64,000 nucleotides of DNA from positions 480,001-544,000 of the forward strand of contig JBMNFL010000001.1 in NCBI GenBank assembly GCA_050949315.1. The letters are read 5' to 3'. The stretch is from Bacilli bacterium. GTDB taxonomy: Bacteria > Bacillota_I > Bacilli_A > RFN20 > UBA1709. Position numbers and translations under genes: made by a program. Of this stretch, positions 59,005 to 64,000 are shown piece by piece (the stretch's first letter is position 1; every line of letters begins with the position of its first letter). Under the pieces are notes generated by a model, which was not told where the DNA came from, searched no databases, and was given only the letters and a program-made list of their open reading frames with translations.

Positions 59005-59906
59005 TTTGTTTCTAACTTTCTTTTAATTGCATTTAAAGTAACACTAGTTAATAAAATTATAAACATTAAGACGACTCCAACACTAAATCTAATATCATAA
59101 TCAAGACCTGAGGATTCATGTAGACCTAACATCATCGTCGATGTTAAAGTTCTTGTTATATCAAACAGGTTTAAATTTGGTCCAGTAATAGCATTGCCAC
59201 AGACCATTGATACGGCAGTGGCTTCACCCAAGGCGCGACCAACCCCGAGTATTATAGCGGCAAAGATACCGGATTTCGCCCCATTTATGACGATCTTAAA
59301 ATCGGTCTGAGCCTTAGTGGCTCCTAAAGCTAGCGAAGCATGTATTTGATCTTGCCTAACCGCTTCCATAGAGGTAATTGAGATCATCGTAATTGTCGGT
59401 ATCATCATAATAATTAAAACTATCACGGTTGATAGACCCGAGGTCCCACCAGCCGTTTGAATATTAAATAAATTACCAATATTTTTTACTACAAAATTTA
59501 TAACCGCCATACCAAACAAACCATATATGATAGAGGGGATTGAGGCTAGTAACTCAATGACACTTTTTATGGAAGCACTCAACCTTTTAGGGGCAATCCT
59601 TACGATAAACAAGGCCGTTAAGATAGAAATGGGCGAAGATACTAAGGTAGCTATTAAAGTTAAATAAAGGGTATTAATCAGCATCCCTAATATCCCATAA
59701 TTCCCCGCGGTCCAAGTAAAGCCGGTTATAAACTTCAAAAGGGAAGCGTTCCCGCTTCCCTGATAATCATTGATAAACGGACTAATTCCTTTTATAAAGA
59801 TAAACAAAACAATTATTACTATCGCTGAGGCTGCAACAAGCCCAATTACCATGAATATAAATTGTACTACTTTGTCTATCTTTAATTTTAATTCGGTTTT
59901 TTTCAA
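59001..59906 (-). CDS. pstC: Phosphate ABC transporter permease PstC
   Basis: ELLASIPSIIYG, ALGAT, GRALGEATAV. Confidence 0.95.
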   Translation of the reverse strand: MKKTELKLKIDKVVQFIFMVIGLVAASAIVIIVLFIFIKGISPFINDYQGSGNASLLKFITGFTWTAGNYGILGMLINTLYLTLIATLVSSPISILTALFIVRIAPKRLSASIKSVIELLASIPSIIYGLFGMAVINFVVKNIGNLFNIQTAGGTSGLSTVIVLIIMMIPTITMISITSMEAVRQDQIHASLALGATKAQTDFKIVINGAKSGIFAAIILGVGRALGEATAVSMVCGNAITGPNLNLFDITRTLTSTMMLGLHESSGLDYDIRFSVGVVLMFIILLTSVTLNAIKRKLETK

Positions 59907-59939
59907 TTGCTGTAGGCCAAAAAATAGGCTTGGGCCTAT

Positions 59940-60908
59940 TTATTTGACATCACTCCATTTAATATTTTCTGTTGAATAAACTGTTTTCGCATTTGCCTTA
60001 GTGATTCCTTTAATCGGGTTAGCTTTGTTAACAATAATGGCAATACCATCAATACAAATGGTGCCATAGGTGTTTTTAGCAGCAGGTTCTTCTCCAGGAC
60101 TTGCTTCTGTACCTAACTTGATGTCTCTAGATAAGAAGCCAATATGTAATTTGTTTTGAGAATCCTTTTCTGAGCCTTGCGTTCTCTTATAAGCATCACC
60201 AGAACCGGTATGGTTATGGTTAGCAGTAAAGCTTGAACAAACATTGGCAAAGGCCTCGGTTAATTTAGTTGCAATACCTTGAACTGATGTTGATCCACCT
60301 AAGAAAATAGTGGTCTTAGTTGTATTCTGGCAAGCAGCTTTGACATCAGCATTATCGGCTTCCTCAACAATGACACTCCATTTTTTAGCAGCATCAAGTT
60401 TTTCGCTAGAAACAATGCCATCCTTAGATTTGACAATTGCTAAACCTTCCTTAGAATTCATGTACAATAAGAAGCCTTTAACCAAAACTTTTTCAGTATC
60501 ACTCATATCATCATCGGCTCTACGGATGTAGTTAAAGTTTCTCGTTAGTTTATAATCTCCACTTAAAACATTTGCTTCTGTTGGTTTAACGCCATCAAAC
60601 TCTAAAGCCTTTACTTTAGTAGTTACGGAGGCTAACGATACGTAACCAATACCATATTCATCGCCTGCAATACTTTCTAACATTGCTCCATTGGAAGCTA
60701 CAATAACCGCACCGGGGATTTTTGTGTTATCTTTTTGGGCTTCTTTATAACCAATTTTTTCAAAGAACCCCTCTCTTGTACCTGATGTGGTGTCACGACT
60801 ATACTTTTTCACGGCAGAATCCTTTTTGAAACCGCCACAGGCTGTTAGTGTAAATACTAATGCAAATACTGTAGTAATAGCCATCATTAATTTAGAACGT
60901 TTTTTCAT
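59940..60908 (-). CDS. pstS: Phosphate-binding lipoprotein (permuted domain order)
   Basis: Lipobox LTAC; SRDTTSGTR, IGYVS, GSTSV, GSG, DGIAIIVN. Confidence 0.92.
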   Translation of the reverse strand: MKKRSKLMMAITTVFALVFTLTACGGFKKDSAVKKYSRDTTSGTREGFFEKIGYKEAQKDNTKIPGAVIVASNGAMLESIAGDEYGIGYVSLASVTTKVKALEFDGVKPTEANVLSGDYKLTRNFNYIRRADDDMSDTEKVLVKGFLLYMNSKEGLAIVKSKDGIVSSEKLDAAKKWSVIVEEADNADVKAACQNTTKTTIFLGGSTSVQGIATKLTEAFANVCSSFTANHNHTGSGDAYKRTQGSEKDSQNKLHIGFLSRDIKLGTEASPGEEPAAKNTYGTICIDGIAIIVNKANPIKGITKANAKTVYSTENIKWSDVK

Positions 60909-60944
60909 GTTATATCTCTTTCCTTTCCTTTCTTAGACACCCAC

Positions 60945-61009
60945 ATTATATATTCATTGTAAATTTTAAAAAATCATATCAAAGTAAAGAATTGTAAAGA
61001 GGTTGTAAA
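60945..61009 (-). promoter_or_regulatory. pstS promoter with Pho-box repeats
   Basis: Minus-strand TTTACA at 61009 and 60998 (11-bp spacing), TTTACT at 60988, TTTACA at 60963; TATAAT at 60950. Confidence 0.8.
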
Positions 61010-61011
61010 GG

Positions 61012-61045
61012 AAAAGCCTGATACTTTGTATCAGACCTGCTTTTT
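61012..61045. terminator. Possible terminator downstream of the paralog array
   Basis: CTGATAC/GTATCAG hairpin with flanking AAAAGC/GCTTTT. Confidence 0.55.
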
Positions 61046-61091
61046 CTAAATATTAGGACTCTCTTTACTATAAATAAAATGATTTTATTTA

Positions 61092-61838
61092 CTATTCATC
61101 CACTACAACTGTTCTTTTCTCATCTATCTTTTTAATGAGTTTTAGAAAGAAATATCCAATAATTAAAAAGAATGTTAAACCAATAATATAAACAAGAGCC
61201 GATAAATATGGATTAGGAATGACAATGCGAGTGTAAATATTATGTCTCCCATTAAATGCTAGCCCGAAAAATGATGTGCCAAATATGATGTTAAGCGCCA
61301 TCATAACCGCAACTGTCACATATATAATCATTGAAGCTTTAACACAGTTCCTTACCGTTAATTCTATTTTTTTAGTCAGTAATAAATAAATACTTAACAA
61401 CACCATCGTAAAATGATTAATCCAATTAAATGAATAAAGTAAATAGTAACGTGAAAATGGTTCAATTAAATAAATAATAGATTCCATAATTCCGGCAACT
61501 ATCATTCCAAAGGAAAGCATAGACATTAATAAATAAAAGTGCTTTTTAATAATTTTTGGCAAGAAAAGTACAATAAAGACCATAAAAAACATAAAAGAGC
61601 TGATATTTGCCGTAGGAAGTGCATATTTAAAATGCCGCCAAATAGGATTATCAGGTTTATGTTTTATATCTATGTCATAAGCTTCTATCGAAAGCACTAT
61701 TTGAAGTATAAATATTAATAATGTCAAAAAAACGGTGGTACTCTTATATGGTAATTTATCTTTAAACCTAAAGATTATGTACCCACCTACTAGAAGATAT
61801 AATAAGGCTGCAATTAAATTAAATGTTCCCCAAATCAT
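61092..61838 (-). CDS. 7-TM membrane protein, tandem paralog A (YwaF-like, uncertain)
   Basis: LPTANIS motif, conserved His in TM5, FFGLAFNG.H; RBS agagg. Confidence 0.85.
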   Translation of the reverse strand: MIWGTFNLIAALLYLLVGGYIIFRFKDKLPYKSTTVFLTLLIFILQIVLSIEAYDIDIKHKPDNPIWRHFKYALPTANISSFMFFMVFIVLFLPKIIKKHFYLLMSMLSFGMIVAGIMESIIYLIEPFSRYYLLYSFNWINHFTMVLLSIYLLLTKKIELTVRNCVKASMIIYVTVAVMMALNIIFGTSFFGLAFNGRHNIYTRIVIPNPYLSALVYIIGLTFFLIIGYFFLKLIKKIDEKRTVVVDE

Positions 61839-61899
61839 TTATTATTCCTCTCTGTTATATTTGATTATACAATAACTTTCCTTGTTTTTATAACCTTTT

Positions 61900-62646
61900 T
61901 CATGTTGTTTGCTCTTCATCAACCACAACTGCTCTTTTCTCATCTATTCTTTTAATGAGTTTTAAAAAGAAATATCCAGTGACCAAAAAGAACGTTAAAC
62001 CGATAATATAAACAAAAGCTGATAAATAGGGATCAGTAATAAAAATTTGATTGTAAAAATTATGCTCCCCGTTAAAGGCTAGCCCGAAAAATGCTGTGCC
62101 AAATATTATGTTAAGCACTATCATAATTGCAACTATCGCATATATAATTATTGAGGCTTTAAGACAGTTCCTTACCGTTAATTCTATTCTTTTAGTTAGC
62201 AATAGATAAATACCAAATAATGCCATTGTAAGATGAGTAACCCATTCAATTAAAATAAATTGATGATAGTAGTTAAAAAACGCCCACCTAACAGGGCTGC
62301 CAATTCCGGCTACTATCATTGCAAAAGAAAGCAAGGCCATCAATAAATAAAAGTGTTTTTGAATGGTTTTTGGTAAGAACAACACAACAAAGACCATAGA
62401 AAACATAAATGGGCTGATATTTGCCGTAGGAAGCACAGCCATTAAATTCTCCCAAGTGGGATCAATACAGCTTATATCCATGCTATAAGTTCTTATTAAA
62501 GTCGCTACTTGAGGTATAAATATTAATAATGTCATGAGAATAGTGGTAACCTTATATGGTAATTTATCTTTAAACCTAAAAATTATATACCCACCTGCTA
62601 GAAGATATAATATAGCCGCAACTAAATTCAATATTTTCCAAAACAT
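61900..62646 (-). CDS. 7-TM membrane protein, tandem paralog B
   Basis: Same architecture; RBS ggagg. Confidence 0.85.
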   Translation of the reverse strand: MFWKILNLVAAILYLLAGGYIIFRFKDKLPYKVTTILMTLLIFIPQVATLIRTYSMDISCIDPTWENLMAVLPTANISPFMFSMVFVVLFLPKTIQKHFYLLMALLSFAMIVAGIGSPVRWAFFNYYHQFILIEWVTHLTMALFGIYLLLTKRIELTVRNCLKASIIIYAIVAIMIVLNIIFGTAFFGLAFNGEHNFYNQIFITDPYLSAFVYIIGLTFFLVTGYFFLKLIKRIDEKRAVVVDEEQTT

Positions 62647-62674
62647 TTATTACCCTCCGTTTTTTAAGTCTTTT

Positions 62675-63415
62675 TCATGTTGTTTGCTTTTCATCCATCA
62701 CAACTGTTCTTTTCTCATCTATTCTTTTAATAAATTTTAAAAACCAATAACCAATAATTAAAAAGCATGTTAAACCGATAACATAAACAAGAGCCGATAA
62801 ATAGGGATTAGAAATGACAATTAGAGTGTAAATATTATGTTTTCCATTAAAGGCTAGCCCGAAAAATGCTGTGCCAAGTATAATATTAAGGATCATCATA
62901 ATTGCAACTGTCACATATATAATCATTGAAGCTTTAACACAGTTCTTTACTGTTACTTCTATTTTTTTAGTCAACAACAAATAAATGCCAAAAAATGCCA
63001 TTGTAAGATGGGTAATCCACTCAATTGAAATAAATGAATAGTAGTAATGGTAAAAAAACGCATAATAAACAGGGCTTCCGATTCCGGCAACTACCATTAC
63101 AAAGGAAAACAAGGCCATTAATAAATAAAAGTGTTTTTGAATAATTTTTGGTAAGAACAACACAACAAACACCATAAAAAACATAAATGGGCTAATATTC
63201 GCGGTAGGAAGCGTGTATTTAAAATGCCAACCGGTAACACCATCATAATTGCAATAATAATTTATCAATGAAAATACATAAGGTATAAATATTAATAATG
63301 TCATGAGAATAGTGGTAACCTTATATGGTAATTTATCTTTAAACCTAAAAATTATATACCCACCTGCTAGAAGATATAATATAGCCGCAACTAAATTCAA
63401 TATTTTCCAAAGCAT
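62675..63415 (-). CDS. 7-TM membrane protein, tandem paralog C
   Basis: Same architecture; RBS ggagg. Confidence 0.85.
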   Translation of the reverse strand: MLWKILNLVAAILYLLAGGYIIFRFKDKLPYKVTTILMTLLIFIPYVFSLINYYCNYDGVTGWHFKYTLPTANISPFMFFMVFVVLFLPKIIQKHFYLLMALFSFVMVVAGIGSPVYYAFFYHYYYSFISIEWITHLTMAFFGIYLLLTKKIEVTVKNCVKASMIIYVTVAIMMILNIILGTAFFGLAFNGKHNIYTLIVISNPYLSALVYVIGLTCFLIIGYWFLKFIKRIDEKRTVVMDEKQTT

Positions 63416-63443
63416 TTACTACCCTCCGTTTTTTAAGCCTTTT

Positions 63444-64000
63444 TCATGTTGTTTGCTCTTCATCCACTACAACTGTTCTTTTCTCATCTATTCTTTTAAT
63501 AAATTTTAAAAACCAATAACCAATAATTAAAAAGCAGGTTAAACCGATAACATAAACAAGAGCCGATAAATAGGGATTAGGAATGATAATATGTCGATAA
63601 ATATGATGCTCCCCATTAAAGGCTAGCCCGAAAAATGATGTACCAAATATAATATTAAGGATCATCATAATTGCAACTGTCGCATATATAATCATTGAAG
63701 CTTTAATACAGTTTCTTACCGTTAATTCTATTCTTTTAGTTAGCAATAGATAAATGCCAAAAAACGCCATTGTAAAATGATTAATCCAATTAATTGAACA
63801 AAATAAATAATAATAATTTGGTTTAGATGAATAAATAATACATTCTATAATTCCGGCAACTATCATTCCAAAGGAAAGCATAGACATTAATAAATAAAAA
63901 TGCTTTTTGATGGCTTTGGGCAAGAAGAGGACAATAAAGACCATTATAAACATAAATGGACTGATATTTGCCGTAGGAAGCATGTTCTTTAAATTCCACC
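63444..64000 (-). CDS. 7-TM membrane protein, tandem paralog D (5' end outside the window)
   Basis: Frame stays open to the window edge (..WNLKNMLPTAN). Confidence 0.85.
   Translation of the reverse strand, partial: WNLKNMLPTANISPFMFIMVFIVLFLPKAIKKHFYLLMSMLSFGMIVAGIIECIIYSSKPNYYYLFCSINWINHFTMAFFGIYLLLTKRIELTVRNCIKASMIIYATVAIMMILNIIFGTSFFGLAFNGEHHIYRHIIIPNPYLSALVYVIGLTCFLIIGYWFLKFIKRIDEKRTVVVDEEQTT

Larger units (their letters stand above)
61092..64000 (-). repeat. Tandem gene array, unit ~770-810 bp, at least 4 copies
   Basis: Stops at 61092, 61900, 62675, 63444; near-identical junction blocks 62512-62815 and 63281-63585. Confidence 0.92.

Noticed and set aside
2406-60531. Numerous short ORFs overlapping long genes (e.g. 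9800-10294, 17459-17914, 19820-20317, 28353-28661)
   Set aside because: They lie antisense or out of frame within well-supported CDSs, with no RBS or recognisable motifs.
62534-63509. Near-identical plus-strand ORFs 62534-62740 and 63303-63509
   Set aside because: Antisense shadows of the conserved junction blocks of the array; no RBS.
61092-64000. Diversity-generating retroelement as the source of loop variation
   Set aside because: No reverse transcriptase or template repeat in the window; differences include indels and non-adenine changes. Sequence beyond the edge cannot be excluded.

Overview
64 kb of chromosome from an AT-rich, standard-code (TGA = stop) Bacillota bacterium. Gene content and sigma-A-type promoters suggest an anaerobic, probably genome-reduced Bacilli lineage; this placement is inference only. 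Core content: str operon (rpsL-rpsG-fusA-tuf), tRNA-Ala(CGC), tRNA-Lys(CTT), class III ribonucleotide reductase, xth/rmuC, cobB, a yybP-ykoY riboswitch-controlled P-type ATPase, and a complete pstSCAB-phoU-phoPR operon with Pho boxes. Highlights: (1) a tandem array of at least 4 paralogous 7-TM genes at the right edge, hypervariable in three predicted outer loops and mosaic between copies; (2) two unlinked AAA_14/DUF4143 ATPase-nuclease genes, each preceded by a 23-bp-period repeat array over its promoter with the shared core CAA-N4-TGGAAT; (3) a putative extracellular nucleic-acid foraging locus (ABC importer, two binding proteins, thermonuclease lipoprotein, multi-OB-fold lipoprotein) next to an NrnA-CysQ fusion; (4) NrdD fused to a glutaredoxin-like domain, followed by a thioredoxin reductase lacking the NADPH-binding motifs; (5) a ~35-aa Y-x-C..G..W mini-module shared by a 2240-aa repeat protein and an unrelated RDD protein. 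No CRISPR array, cas gene, integrase, transposase or reverse transcriptase was seen. All calls come from motif recognition by eye; no searches were run.
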